A stretch of 64,000 bases of DNA from Kiritimatiellia bacterium (GCA_018001225.1 JAGNIJ010000009.1:821-64820), one strand, 5' to 3'; positions 8,394-18,902 are shown, numbered from the stretch's first letter. Notes: generated from the letters alone by a model not told the origin. Made by a program: numbers and translations.

Positions 8394-11300
8394 ATGCGAA
8401 AAGCCATGTTTCTTGCGGCGGTCGGAGTCTGGGCCTGCACCGGGAGCCCGGTCCGGGCGGCCACGCGCTACGTCGCGGCGTCCGGCAGCCACGAGTCCCC
8501 GTACACCAACTGGGCCACGGCCGCGCACGACATCCAGTCGGCTGTGGACGCCGCCTCCGCCGGCGAGTCGATTCTTGTCACGAATGGGACGTACGACACG
8601 GGTGGCCGCGCCGTGGACAGCGGCATGACCAACCGTGTGGTGATCAACAAGGCCGTGACGGTCGTCGGGGTCAACGGTCCGGACTTCACGTTCATCGTCG
8701 GCCGGCCGTGCCCGACCAACGACGCGAACGGGAGCGGGGCGGTCCGCGGAGTCTACTTGAGCGGCGGCGCCGCGCTGGCGGGATTCACGGTGACCAACGG
8801 ACATACGCTGGCCCTGGAGGACAGCGGCAGCGCGAAGACCAGCGGGGGCGGGGTGTACGTTTCCGGGGACGGGCTGGTCTCCAACTGCGTGCTGACGGGC
8901 AACGCGGCCTACTACTACGGGGGCGGCGCGGCCGAGGCGCTGGTCCATCGTTCCGTTCTCGACGGCAATCGCGCCCGCATGGGCGGCGGCGGGGCCGACG
9001 AGAGCGACCTCTATAATTGCATCCTCCGCGGCAACACGGCCTACGGCGGCGGCGGAGCGAACTACAGCAGGCTCTACAACTGCACCCTGATCGGGAACAC
9101 GGCCTCCAACCGCGGGGGCGGGGTGGCCTACAGCTATTGTTGCAGCAGCATCCTGGCGGACAACAGCGCGCCGGCGGGCACGCACACGTATTTCTGGTCC
9201 TACACCAACTGCTGCCTCTATCCGGCCGCCACGGCCAGCCGGGACAGTATCACCAATGAGCCCGGGTTCGTGGACTACGCGGGCGGCGACTACCGCCTGT
9301 CGCCCACGTCCGCCTGCATCAACGCCGGGGCGGTCATGCCCTGGATGAGCGGCGCCCGGGATTTCGACCTGAACACGCGCGTCGTGGGCGTCAGCGTGGA
9401 CATCGGCGCCTTCGAGTACCAGGTCCTCATCGATCCGCTCGCGGTGGAAATCGCCGCCGAGGATTTCCAGGCGGTGGCCGGGCACGCCGTTCCGCTGGCC
9501 GGCCGGATCGTCGGCAACGCGCAGGGCTTCGTCTGGCGGTTCGGCGACGGCCGCGGCGCGACGAACCGGCTCTTTGTCACCAACACCTACGCCGCGGCGG
9601 GGCTCTACGAGGTCACGCTGACGGCCTCGAACCTCGCCGGCACCGTCGCGGCCACGGCGACCGTGGAGATCGTCAGCGCGGACTACGCATACTACGTGGC
9701 GACGAACGGCGACGATGCGGCCGCCGGCACGAACTGGGCCACAGCCAAGGCGACGATCCAGGCCGCGGCCGACGCGGCCGGCATTGGCTGTACGATCTGG
9801 GTCACCAACGGCGTCTACGACCGGGGCGGGCGCGTCGTCTACGGCAGCCTGACCAACCGCGTGGCGCTCGACAAGCCGCTCTTCCTCCGGAGCGTCAACG
9901 GGCCGGCCGTCACGATCATCGCGGGCGCCTCGAACTCGGCGGAGAGCCCGGACGGCGACGCCGCCGTGCGCGGCGTGTACATGGCCAGCAACACGGTCCT
10001 CGACGGCTTCACGGTGACCAACGGCCACACGCGGACGGACGGGGACACGACGCGGGAGCAGTTTGCCGGCGGAGTTTATGCCGGTACCACGAACGTGGTC
10101 ATCACCAACTGCGTGATCTCGGGCTGCACGGCCCACTTGAGCGCGGGCGGCTGCTACCGGGGCATGCTGTTCAACTGCCGGTTGGTGGGCAACGCGGCCA
10201 CGAACATGGGCGGAGGCGCGTATTCCGCCGTCCTGTTCGGATGCCTCGTCGCGGACAACGCCGCGCTGAACGGGGGCGGCCTCGCCTATGCCCCGGTCCG
10301 GAACTGCGTCGCGCGCGGCAACCGCGCCGCGCAATATGGCGGGGGGTTCTACGTGGCCTCCGGCGTGGCGGAGAACTGCACGGTGGCCGGCAACAGCGCG
10401 GGGACCAGCGGCGGCGGGGCGTACCGCGGCTCGTTCCTGAATTCCATCGTCTACTACAACAACGCGCCCACCGGCCCCGATTTCTTCGAGGGCGACTTCA
10501 CGAACTGCTGCGCCGCCTCCATGCCCGCGGGCGCCAACAACATCACCAATCCGCCCGGGATCGTCAGCACGCTCGACCCGCGCCTGATGCCGGGCGCCGC
10601 CGTCATCGGGCGGGGCACGAACCAGGCGTGGATGGCGGGCGCCGTGGACTGGGAGGGCGCGCCGCGGATCGCGGGCGCCTCGGTGGACATCGGGGCCTTT
10701 GAGTTTGCCTCGGAACTGGAATGCACCGGCGCGCTGGTCGCGGCGATTTCCTGCGCCTACACGCAGGCCCCCGCCGGCTTCACGGTGCCGTTCGAGGTGC
10801 TGGTTACCGGCCGCGCGCAGGGCTACGAGTGGGATTTCGGGGACGGCGTCCGCGCGACGGGCGGCTGCGTGGTCGGCCACGCCTTCGCGGCGGCGGGAAT
10901 CTTCCCCGTCGTGCTGACAGTCTCAAACCTGTCCGGCTCGGTCGCGGCCACCGCGTCGGTCACCATCGTCGAGGCGGATTGCGAGCTGTTTGTCCGGCCG
11001 GGCGGCAGCGATGCCGCGGCGGGGACGAACTGGGCGACCGCGTTCGCGACGATCCAGGCGGCCGTGGACGCCGCGGGCCTCGGCTGCACGATCTGGGTGA
11101 GCAACGGCGTCTATGCTTCCGGCGGCCGCGCGGTCGAGGCCGGGTTGACCAACCGCGTCGCCGTAGACAAGGTCGTCACCGTCCGCAGCATGAACGGGCC
11201 GGCCTTCACGGCCATCGTGGGCGCGGGCGGTACGGGCGGCGGCGTCGGTACCGGCGCCGTACGCTGCGTGTGGCTCGCGGGCGGGGCGCGGCTGGACGGG

Positions 11301-13001
11301 TTCACGCTGACCAACGGCTTCACGCTCGCGTCGGGCTCCTCCGAGAAGCAGGGCGGCGGCGTCTGGGCCGAGGGCGAACTGGCGGTGATCACCAATTGCC
11401 TGGTCGCCGGCTGCGCCGCGGCCGGGAGCGGCGGGGGCGTGTACGGCGGAACCCTTTACAGCGTCCTGCTGGACGGCAACGCGGCCGCGCGCGGCGGCGG
11501 GGTCAGCGCGGCCGAACTCGCGGGTTGCACGGTCACCAACAACCGCGCGGGCCATGGCGGCGGGGCCGAGAACTGCACGCTGACGGACTGCCGGATCAGC
11601 CGCAATAGCGCGACCAATGGCGATGGAGGTGGCGTGTATGGCGGGACGCTGACGGCCTGCCTGCTCTCCGGCAACACGGCTTGGAATGCCGGCGGCGGCG
11701 CGTACGAGGCCGGGTTGAGCGATTGCGTTTTGTGGAGCAACCGGGTCCTCACCGGTTCCTCCGGCGAGGGCGGCGGCGCGTACGGGGGCGTGCTCGTGGA
11801 TTGCTCGTTGGTCATGAATTCCGTGACCAGTTCCTTGTCCTTCGGCGGCGGCGCGTCGTCCGCCGCGCTGTCGGGCTGCACGCTGACGAGCAACCGGGCT
11901 GACTACGGCGGCGGGGTCTTCGGCGGAAGCCTCTCGAACTGCGCGGCGGGCTGGAACAGCGCGGACTACGGGGGTGGCGCGTACGACAGCCTGGTCTACG
12001 ACTCGTCGCTGCACCACAACACGGCCTCCAATGGCGCCGGGGCCTTCTCGGGCACGGCGTACGATACCGTATGCTCCAACAACACCGCCGTCTCCGGCGG
12101 GGGCGGGGCCGCGGCGGCGACGTTGCACCGGTGCCGGCTGCTGGACAACATCGCGGACGAGGGCGGTGGGGCGGCCGCCGGCGTGCTCTACAACTGCGTG
12201 GTCAGGGGCAATACGGCCGACATGGGCGGCGGCGTGTCGTCGGCCGAGAGCTACAACTGCACCATCGTCGGCAACGACGCGACCTCGTTCGGCGGCGGCA
12301 CGTTCTGGGGCACGCCGCGCAACTGCATCGTCTACTACAACACCGCCTTCGCCTCCGTGAACGCCTACTTCGGCTGGCTCACCAACTGCTGCAGCTCGCC
12401 GATGCCGGACGGGACGGACAACTTCACCGCCGCGCCGAAGATGATGGACTACGCCGCCGGCGACGCGCGGCTCTTGAGCAACTCGCCGTGCATCAATGCC
12501 GGGACCAACCAGGACTGGATGGCCGGCGCCCGCGACGCGGGCGGGAGCCACCGGATCATTCTCAACGTCGTGGACGTCGGCGCGTACGAGTACGATTACC
12601 CGGGCGTGGACCACGACGGCGACGGCATCGAGACCGCCTACGAAACCGGGACCGGCGTCTACGCCGGGCCGGACGACACGGGCACCGACCCGCTATCGGC
12701 CGACAGCGACGCAGACCGGGTCCGGGACGGTGACGAGCTGACGGCCGGGACCGACCCGACGGACGGCGAATCCTTCCTGGGGATGGTTCTTCCCGCCATG
12801 CAGGATGCGTCCGGATTCGTGATCTCCTGGTGGAGCGCGACGGGCAAGAGCTACCGCCTCGAGCGGTCCAGCAACCTGGTTTCAGGCTTCGATTACCTGG
12901 TGCAGACCAACATCTTGGCCACGCCCATTCTGAACACGGTCACCGACACCACCGCGATTGGCACAGGCCCCTTCTACTACCGCGCCGGCGTCGAGCCATG
13001 A
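8394..13001 (+). CDS. Large secreted protein: three parallel beta-helix/choice-of-anchor-Q modules, two PKD domains, C-terminal DxDGDG plus Ig-like module (1535 aa)
   Basis: Start re-assigned to ATG 8394 (MRKAMFLAAVGVWACTGSPVRA signal). Three YV...G...WATA..IQ.A.DAA openers; GGG-x-NC repeats; VDIGAFE/VDVGAYE anchor-Q motifs; PKD W.FGDG motifs; ends FYYRAGVEP. Confidence 0.85.
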   Translation: MRKAMFLAAVGVWACTGSPVRAATRYVAASGSHESPYTNWATAAHDIQSAVDAASAGESILVTNGTYDTGGRAVDSGMTNRVVINKAVTVVGVNGPDFTFIVGRPCPTNDANGSGAVRGVYLSGGAALAGFTVTNGHTLALEDSGSAKTSGGGVYVSGDGLVSNCVLTGNAAYYYGGGAAEALVHRSVLDGNRARMGGGGADESDLYNCILRGNTAYGGGGANYSRLYNCTLIGNTASNRGGGVAYSYCCSSILADNSAPAGTHTYFWSYTNCCLYPAATASRDSITNEPGFVDYAGGDYRLSPTSACINAGAVMPWMSGARDFDLNTRVVGVSVDIGAFEYQVLIDPLAVEIAAEDFQAVAGHAVPLAGRIVGNAQGFVWRFGDGRGATNRLFVTNTYAAAGLYEVTLTASNLAGTVAATATVEIVSADYAYYVATNGDDAAAGTNWATAKATIQAAADAAGIGCTIWVTNGVYDRGGRVVYGSLTNRVALDKPLFLRSVNGPAVTIIAGASNSAESPDGDAAVRGVYMASNTVLDGFTVTNGHTRTDGDTTREQFAGGVYAGTTNVVITNCVISGCTAHLSAGGCYRGMLFNCRLVGNAATNMGGGAYSAVLFGCLVADNAALNGGGLAYAPVRNCVARGNRAAQYGGGFYVASGVAENCTVAGNSAGTSGGGAYRGSFLNSIVYYNNAPTGPDFFEGDFTNCCAASMPAGANNITNPPGIVSTLDPRLMPGAAVIGRGTNQAWMAGAVDWEGAPRIAGASVDIGAFEFASELECTGALVAAISCAYTQAPAGFTVPFEVLVTGRAQGYEWDFGDGVRATGGCVVGHAFAAAGIFPVVLTVSNLSGSVAATASVTIVEADCELFVRPGGSDAAAGTNWATAFATIQAAVDAAGLGCTIWVSNGVYASGGRAVEAGLTNRVAVDKVVTVRSMNGPAFTAIVGAGGTGGGVGTGAVRCVWLAGGARLDGFTLTNGFTLASGSSEKQGGGVWAEGELAVITNCLVAGCAAAGSGGGVYGGTLYSVLLDGNAAARGGGVSAAELAGCTVTNNRAGHGGGAENCTLTDCRISRNSATNGDGGGVYGGTLTACLLSGNTAWNAGGGAYEAGLSDCVLWSNRVLTGSSGEGGGAYGGVLVDCSLVMNSVTSSLSFGGGASSAALSGCTLTSNRADYGGGVFGGSLSNCAAGWNSADYGGGAYDSLVYDSSLHHNTASNGAGAFSGTAYDTVCSNNTAVSGGGGAAAATLHRCRLLDNIADEGGGAAAGVLYNCVVRGNTADMGGGVSSAESYNCTIVGNDATSFGGGTFWGTPRNCIVYYNTAFASVNAYFGWLTNCCSSPMPDGTDNFTAAPKMMDYAAGDARLLSNSPCINAGTNQDWMAGARDAGGSHRIILNVVDVGAYEYDYPGVDHDGDGIETAYETGTGVYAGPDDTGTDPLSADSDADRVRDGDELTAGTDPTDGESFLGMVLPAMQDASGFVISWWSATGKSYRLERSSNLVSGFDYLVQTNILATPILNTVTDTTAIGTGPFYYRAGVEP

Positions 13002-13092
13002 ACGGAGCAGAAGCGGTTTTTATAATTGCAGCGAAACCGCGAAAAGAGCAGCTTCTTTAGCAGGAGGTCAGTGAGCGCAGTCTTCACGGGAG

Positions 13093-13935
13093 GTGGCCAT
13101 GAGGAAATGCATCTGGCTGGTGCTGCTCGGAGTCATGGTGCTGGCGGAGCCGGCGACCGCCGCGCAGAAGGTTCCCATTATTATTCCGCCGCCGCATCTC
13201 AATCCTTTGCTGTACCAGATCATTCAACGCCTCTGGCTCCGCCGGCTGCTGCACCTGGAGCAAACCCTTTATGAAGGCCCCGTCTGGTATTTCCCGGTCC
13301 TGAAACGGTATCCGGCGGAGAGGGCCAGGACCCTGCGGGTCTTCTGGTGGGGACGGTTGGGCGGCATCGTGGAGTCCGACGATAACTACTACTTTCCGAA
13401 CCTCTGGACCAACAACGCCGATATTGCCTCCCTGATGGCGGACATTGGCGTGCCGACCACGCGCACCTATTCCAGCGCCGAAATGTGGAACCGGATGACC
13501 TGGGTCTGGTGGTGGATGTCCAGCCATACGAGCGACGAGGGTGAAAGCTACTCAACCGGCCCCGGCTTTCCCTCCATCGCCGACATGGCCTGGGCCTATG
13601 CGCAACAGGGCTTCATCCACCACGGCACTTGCATGAGCACGGCGCAACTGATGGCGACGCTCTTGGCCCGCGTCGGCATCCCCGTGAACCGGATCGCCCT
13701 GGGGCACGCGCATTATGGCGATACGGCTCAGCACGTGTTCGTGCTCCTGTTGATGGACGAGGGGTGGTACTACCTGGATCCCACCGATTGCCATAGTCAC
13801 AATCAAGTGCCCGAGTATGAAGACCGGGCTTCCCGCGGGTGGCATCCGACCTGCGACTATACCCATCCGTTTGAGGTTAATATCCTGCCGAACTCGAATC
13901 TGAACTCCGTACCCTTATGCCTGGATGCGGAATAA
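13093..13935 (+). CDS. Secreted transglutaminase-like (Cys-His-Asp) domain protein (280 aa)
   Basis: Signal peptide; GTCMSTAQLMATLLARVGIP (catalytic Cys), QHVFV (His), WYYLDPT (Asp); lower GC (about 58-60% in two sampled 60-nt lines). Confidence 0.7.
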   Translation: MAMRKCIWLVLLGVMVLAEPATAAQKVPIIIPPPHLNPLLYQIIQRLWLRRLLHLEQTLYEGPVWYFPVLKRYPAERARTLRVFWWGRLGGIVESDDNYYFPNLWTNNADIASLMADIGVPTTRTYSSAEMWNRMTWVWWWMSSHTSDEGESYSTGPGFPSIADMAWAYAQQGFIHHGTCMSTAQLMATLLARVGIPVNRIALGHAHYGDTAQHVFVLLLMDEGWYYLDPTDCHSHNQVPEYEDRASRGWHPTCDYTHPFEVNILPNSNLNSVPLCLDAE

Positions 13936-13972
13936 CCGGCTGGCGCAAGGAATCTCGAATCGAAGCTGGAAC

Positions 13973-15178
13973 TTAAGCGACTCGGATTCGGCCTTCCGAT
14001 GCTTCCGTGACCAGGCCGATGCGCGCGGCCTGCGCGAGCCCGGCCTTTCGCATGTCGGCCATCGCGGCATCCGCCCGGTCCGCCGGCAGGCCGATGAGCA
14101 GGCCGCCGGAGGTCTGGGCGTCGTAGAGCAGGGCGCGCAGAGGGGCAGGCACGTCGGCGGCGACCTCCGTGATCGAGGCGCTGTATTCCGCGTTGCGCTC
14201 GTTGGCTCCGGAGAAGACGCCGGCCGCGGCGAGGTCGAGCACATCCGGGAGCAGGGGCAGCGCGCCGGCATGAAGCTCCGCCGTGACGCCGCTTTCCTTG
14301 ACCATGCGCGCGAGGTGGCCGAGAAGCCCGAACCCGGTGACATCCGTGCAGGCATGGGCGCCGTGGCGGACCATGATCTCGGCCGCGGACTTATTGAGCG
14401 TGGTCATGCTCGCCGACGCCGCGGCGCGCGCGGCGTCGGAGGCCCGACCGAGCTGGGTGGCCAGGGTGATGATCCCCGTGCCCAGCGGCTTGGTCAGGAT
14501 CAGCGCGTCGCCCGGCCGCGCCCCGCTGTTGGCGGCGAGTTGCTCGCGCGCGACAAGCCCGGTCACAGCGAAACCCGCCTTGATCTCCTCGTCGTCCAGG
14601 CTGTGCCCGCCCAGCAGCGCCGCGCCGGCTTCCTGCAAAACGCTCATGCCGCCGCGCAGGATTTCCGAGAGCGCCTCGCCGGGCAGCACGTGGATGGGAA
14701 AGCCGACAATCGACAACGCCGTCAGCGGCCGCCCGCCCATGGCATAGACATCGCTCAAGGAATTGCAGGCCGCGATCCGGCCGAAGGTGAACGGATCGTC
14801 CACGACGGGCGTGAAGACGTCCACGGTCTGCACGAGCAGCAGGTCGGGCGTCAGCTCGTAAACCCCCGCATCGTCGCCCGTGGAAAGCCCCACGAGCACG
14901 CGCGGGTCCTCGATCTTCGGCAGGCGGGAGAGGACCGCGTGCAGATCCTTCTGGCTGATCTTCCCCGAGCAGCCGGCGCTCCGGACGTAATCGGTCAGGC
15001 GCACCGCCGGGGCCGCCGGGCCGGCGGGCACGTGCTCGCCCGCGCACAGGCAGGTGTCCTTCTCTTTGAAGGTCGGGCAGGGGCAGGGGAGCTTGGGATT
15101 GCATACGCAATGCCCCAGCTTGATCGAGCGGCCCATCACCTGCCGGCGCTTCTCCAGGTTGATGTCGGTGCGCGTCAT
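13973..15178 (-). CDS. selD: Selenide, water dikinase (selenophosphate synthetase), Cys-type, with N-terminal Cys-rich extension (401 aa)
   Basis: AGCSGKIS (C-x-x-K; codon TGC, not TGA), DDAGVY, VQTVDVFTPVVDDPF.FG.IAA.NSLSDVYAMGG, GGHS, TKPLGTG, TDVTGFGLLGH, DAQTSGGLL; adjacent to selB/selA. Confidence 0.95.
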   Translation of the reverse strand: MTRTDINLEKRRQVMGRSIKLGHCVCNPKLPCPCPTFKEKDTCLCAGEHVPAGPAAPAVRLTDYVRSAGCSGKISQKDLHAVLSRLPKIEDPRVLVGLSTGDDAGVYELTPDLLLVQTVDVFTPVVDDPFTFGRIAACNSLSDVYAMGGRPLTALSIVGFPIHVLPGEALSEILRGGMSVLQEAGAALLGGHSLDDEEIKAGFAVTGLVAREQLAANSGARPGDALILTKPLGTGIITLATQLGRASDAARAAASASMTTLNKSAAEIMVRHGAHACTDVTGFGLLGHLARMVKESGVTAELHAGALPLLPDVLDLAAAGVFSGANERNAEYSASITEVAADVPAPLRALLYDAQTSGGLLIGLPADRADAAMADMRKAGLAQAARIGLVTEASEGRIRVA

Positions 15179-15189
15179 GTCGCTTTTTT

Positions 15190-15275
15190 ACCACAGAGGG
15201 CACAGAGGACACGGAGAAAAGCGGATACAATAGCTCTTCGAAGCCCTCCGTGATCCTCTGTGTCCTCCGTGGTTC
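15190..15275. repeat. ACCACAGAG...CTCCGTGGT type palindromic intergenic repeat
   Basis: ACCACAGAGGGCACAGAGGACACGGAG is inverted against CTCCGTGATCCTCTGTGTCCTCCGTGGT, between selB and selD. Confidence 0.7.
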
Positions 15276-17181
15276 ATCCGGGTTTCCTGGCCAGGATGCG
15301 CTCGTCGCCGATCCGCCGGGTCAGGCCCTTGCGATCCCACCATTCCAGGATCGCGATGGAGTATTTCTTCGACGTGCCGAGCACTTCCTTGAATTTCACC
15401 GCGTCCACGCGCTCGTGCTGCGCCAGGTACTCCACCAGCTTGCGGCGCGACGCCTCCAGGTGCTCCGGGTGCAGGATGACCTTTTCGGAGAGCCGGACCA
15501 ACTCCCCGGCCTGGAGCAGCGGCTTGAGCGCGGACTCCGCGCGGGCCGCGGGCCACCCCAAGCGCGCGGGCAATTCGTCCGGGCGAGGCGACTGGAAGCC
15601 CGTCTCCCGGTACACCGCGAGAAGGGCGGCGCCCGATTCGTCCACGACGGTCCGGCCGGCCTCGCTGACCAATTCGCCGCGAACCCGGATGCGGCCGGCC
15701 TCGGCAAGGGAATTCAGCGCCCGCGCCACAAGTTCCTCGTCCGCCGCCAGGCCGCGCCGCAGTTCCGCCCGGGTGAACCCCGCCTGTTTTGGTTGTGTGT
15801 CGTGCAGTCTTTTCAGTGCGGCAGCCAAATCGTCGGCCAGTTTTCGGAATGCGTCCGCGGCGGCGTAGCGGTCCCCGATACGCACCGCGTCTCCGGTTAC
15901 CGTGAGCCGTTCCAGCTCCGCCCGCGCGGCCTGCTCCGTCATGAGCGCGCGATGCGCGGCCTCCTCCGCTTTCAGGGCGGCCGGCCCGGCCGCGCGGAGG
16001 GCGTGGAGCACGGCGGCGGAGGGATCGCGGAGGGCCTGTTCCTCCTCCTCGCGCGAGTCGATCCAGTCGCCTCGCGAGCGGCGAATCTTCTGCTCGTCCA
16101 CGCCAACGAGGGTGCCCCCGCCCAGGGTCCGGGCCGGGCTCAAGGCGCGCGCGACGAACGGGTCGCCGGGCGCGGCGATGACCGGTTCGGCGAGTTGGAT
16201 TTGGACGAAACACTCCGCGCCGGGCGGCAGCGGGTCGAGCGTCGGGAGGACCAGGTGGCCGGGGACATCCGACGTGCCCGTGTGGAATCGGATCGCCGCG
16301 CGCGGCTTCAGCGCGGCCCCGGCGTCCGGGAGATGATGGAACTTCACGTTGAAGAAGCGGGCCGGCTGGAAATAGCCGGGCGTCGCCAGCACGCGTCCGC
16401 GTCCCGCCTCCTCGCGGTCGAGGTCCGAGAGCCGCAGCGCGACGCACTCGCCCGCGCGGGCTTCGTCCGCGTTCGCGCCGTAGACTTGCATGGCGCGGAC
16501 TTTCTTCCGGCGGCCGGCCGGCAGCAGTTCCAGTTCCTCGCCGACCCGCACGCTGCCGGACCGGGGGATCCCGGAGACGATCACGCCGAGCCCCTTCAGG
16601 ACGAACGCGCGCTCGATGTTCATGCGGAAGGGCCCGTCGGCCCGGTGCTCCGCCGTCGCGGCGACGACGGCCGCGAAGGCGTCGTAGAAGGCGTCGAACC
16701 CCGCGCCGGTCTTGGCCGACACGGGCAGGATTTCCGCGCGTTCGAGGAAGCTGCCCGCGACCAGAGCGCGGATCTGTTCGCCGACCTCGGCCAGGCGACC
16801 GGGTTCCACGAGGTCGGACTTGGTGATCGCCACGAGGCCGCGCCGGATCCCGAGGAGCCGGACGATATGGAAATGCTCGACGGTCTGCGGCATCACGCCG
16901 TCGTCCGCGGCCACGACGAGCAGGACGACGTCGATGCCCGTCGCGCCCGCGACCATGTTATGGATGAACCGTTCGTGGCCCGGCACGTCCACGATCCCGA
17001 CCCGTCGCCCGTCCGGCATCGCGCAGGTCGCGAAGCCGAGGTCGATGGTCATGCCGCGCGCCTTTTCCTCGGGCAGGCGGTCCGTGTCGCAGCCCGTCAG
17101 CATTTTTACGAGCGCGGTCTTGCCGTGGTCGATGTGCCCGGCCGTGCCGACGGTGACGTGGATGACGGACGCGGAGGTCAC
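15274..17181 (-). CDS. selB: Selenocysteine-specific translation elongation factor (635 aa)
   Basis: [59 protein letters not shown]; C-terminal winged-helix region ending [20 protein letters not shown]. Confidence 0.96.
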   Translation of the reverse strand: MTSASVIHVTVGTAGHIDHGKTALVKMLTGCDTDRLPEEKARGMTIDLGFATCAMPDGRRVGIVDVPGHERFIHNMVAGATGIDVVLLVVAADDGVMPQTVEHFHIVRLLGIRRGLVAITKSDLVEPGRLAEVGEQIRALVAGSFLERAEILPVSAKTGAGFDAFYDAFAAVVAATAEHRADGPFRMNIERAFVLKGLGVIVSGIPRSGSVRVGEELELLPAGRRKKVRAMQVYGANADEARAGECVALRLSDLDREEAGRGRVLATPGYFQPARFFNVKFHHLPDAGAALKPRAAIRFHTGTSDVPGHLVLPTLDPLPPGAECFVQIQLAEPVIAAPGDPFVARALSPARTLGGGTLVGVDEQKIRRSRGDWIDSREEEEQALRDPSAAVLHALRAAGPAALKAEEAAHRALMTEQAARAELERLTVTGDAVRIGDRYAAADAFRKLADDLAAALKRLHDTQPKQAGFTRAELRRGLAADEELVARALNSLAEAGRIRVRGELVSEAGRTVVDESGAALLAVYRETGFQSPRPDELPARLGWPAARAESALKPLLQAGELVRLSEKVILHPEHLEASRRKLVEYLAQHERVDAVKFKEVLGTSKKYSIAILEWWDRKGLTRRIGDERILARKPG

Positions 17182-18572
17182 GGGAGAATGGACTCGACGG
17201 CCCGCACGACATCGGCGGATTCGCCGGGCAGGATGGTGCGGACGTCCAGCAGCACGCGGTCGTCGCGGATGCGGCCGATCACCGGCGGGTCGGCGCGGCG
17301 CAGGGCGCGGGCCAATTGCTCGGCGGACAGGCCGGGGGCTTGCAAGGCCACGGCGAAGGTGGGCAGGGGAGAGGTCGGCAGCGCGCCGCCGCCGAGCTTG
17401 GATTCGTCCTCGACCACGGCGGCCTGCCAGTCCGGTTGGCGCTTGACGATCCCGTCCCGCAATTCCTCCGCCGCTCGCCGGAGTTCGTCCGGTTTCCGGG
17501 CCAGCATGAAGTAGGTCGGGTGCCGCTCCTCGAGGCGGTCCGGTTCCAGGAACAGGCGCAGGGCGTATTCCAGGGCGGCCAGCCGCAGCTTGTCCACGCG
17601 GAACGCGCGGTAGAGCGGGTGCTTGCGCACGGCGGTGACGAGGTCCGCGCGGCCGACGATGGCGCCGCCCTGCGGGCCGCCGAGGAGCTTGTCCGTGCTG
17701 AACAGCACGAGGTCCGCGCCGTCGCGGAAGCCGTCCTGCACGGTCGGCTCGCCCTCTAGCCCGTATTTCCGGAGGTCCACGAGGTTGCCGCTGCCGAGGT
17801 CGAAGACCACGGGCACGTTCCGCGCCCGGCCGAGGCCCGCGATCTCGCGCAGGGCGGTTTCGGCGACGAAGCCCTCCACGCGGTAGTTGCTGGGATGGAC
17901 CTTGAGCAGCAGGCCGGTGCGGGGACCGAGGGCGGCCTCGTAGTCGCGGAGGTGGGTCTTGTTCGTCGTGCCGACCTCGCGCATCACCGCGCCGCTCTCG
18001 GCCATGATGTCGGGCAGGCGGAACGAACCGCCGATCTCGATCAGCTCGCCGCGCGAGACGATCGCCTCGCGCCCGCGCGCGAGCGCGGCGAGAACGAGCA
18101 GGGTCGCGGCGGCGTTATTGTTGACCACGGCGGCGTCCTCGGCGCCGGTGACGCGCCGGAAGAGGTCGAGCACCACGGCCTCGCGGCGCGTCCGCTCGCC
18201 GGTCTCGAGGTCCATCTGGACGTTGCAGTTGCCGACGGCCTCGGCGAGGGCGGCGAGCGTGTCGCCGGGCAGCACGGCGCGGCCGAGGCCGGTATGGAGG
18301 ACGATGCCGGTGGCGTTGACGACGCGCTTCAGGTTCGGCCGATCCGCCGCGAGCAGGCTGGCCGCGGCTTCCGCCAGGCTGTCCGTGTCGAAATGGGCGG
18401 AAAGGCCGCCACGGATCGCCTGGCGTGTAGCCTCGACGGCGGCGCGGACAGCGCCGGCCACCCGCGCGCGGCCGTGCTGCTCCGCCAGGGCGCGCGCCCG
18501 GTCCGTGTTCAGCACGGCCTCCACCGAGGGAAGGGCGCGAAGGGGCGAACCGTCGCGGGCATCCTTGTTCAT
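17178..18572 (-). CDS. selA: L-seryl-tRNA(Sec) selenium transferase (464 aa)
   Basis: [80 protein letters not shown]; stop overlaps selB start (GTGA); start could be up to 18641. Confidence 0.95.
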   Translation of the reverse strand: MNKDARDGSPLRALPSVEAVLNTDRARALAEQHGRARVAGAVRAAVEATRQAIRGGLSAHFDTDSLAEAAASLLAADRPNLKRVVNATGIVLHTGLGRAVLPGDTLAALAEAVGNCNVQMDLETGERTRREAVVLDLFRRVTGAEDAAVVNNNAAATLLVLAALARGREAIVSRGELIEIGGSFRLPDIMAESGAVMREVGTTNKTHLRDYEAALGPRTGLLLKVHPSNYRVEGFVAETALREIAGLGRARNVPVVFDLGSGNLVDLRKYGLEGEPTVQDGFRDGADLVLFSTDKLLGGPQGGAIVGRADLVTAVRKHPLYRAFRVDKLRLAALEYALRLFLEPDRLEERHPTYFMLARKPDELRRAAEELRDGIVKRQPDWQAAVVEDESKLGGGALPTSPLPTFAVALQAPGLSAEQLARALRRADPPVIGRIRDDRVLLDVRTILPGESADVVRAVESILP

Positions 18573-18674
18573 AGGCCCAAGCTGCCAAAAGCGCCGCCGG
18601 GAGGGCAACCTAATTCCGGCTTCGCTTTCATGCCCGGGCATGGCAGGATGTCCGCGCGGGATCGGGAGGATGGG

Positions 18675-18875
18675 ATGAAAGACGTTTTATTGTGCCTGGC
18701 GGCCTTCCTGCTGCTGACGTGGGTGATCTACCTCAAGGCGGAGATCGTCAAGCTGCTGCAGCAGAACGAGAAGATGGCGGCGATGCTCAAACTGAAACTC
18801 GAGAAGGACAAGGCCGGCATGGAGGTCGGCGGCGACGGTCAGGTGATCGGGAAAAAACCGGTTTGGATGAAATAA
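18675..18875 (+). CDS. Small hypothetical membrane protein (66 aa)
   Basis: GGAGGA RBS 5 nt upstream of ATG 18675; N-terminal hydrophobic helix followed by a coiled-coil-like stretch. Confidence 0.5.
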   Translation: MKDVLLCLAAFLLLTWVIYLKAEIVKLLQQNEKMAAMLKLKLEKDKAGMEVGGDGQVIGKKPVWMK

Positions 18876-18902
18876 TCGGGGTTCGCCGGGTATATTCTTG
18901 TC

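Noticed and set aside
12998-13060. Short ORF MNGAEAVFIIAAKPRKEQLL overlapping the stop at 13001
   Set aside because: Only 20 codons, no RBS or similarity; probably chance
14960-14990. Selenocysteine UGA in SelD
   Set aside because: The active-site codon reads TGC (Cys)
13936-18900. tRNA-Sec (selC) near selABD
   Set aside because: No UCA-anticodon cloverleaf or GGTTCGA-type T-loop found by eye in the flanking intergenic regions
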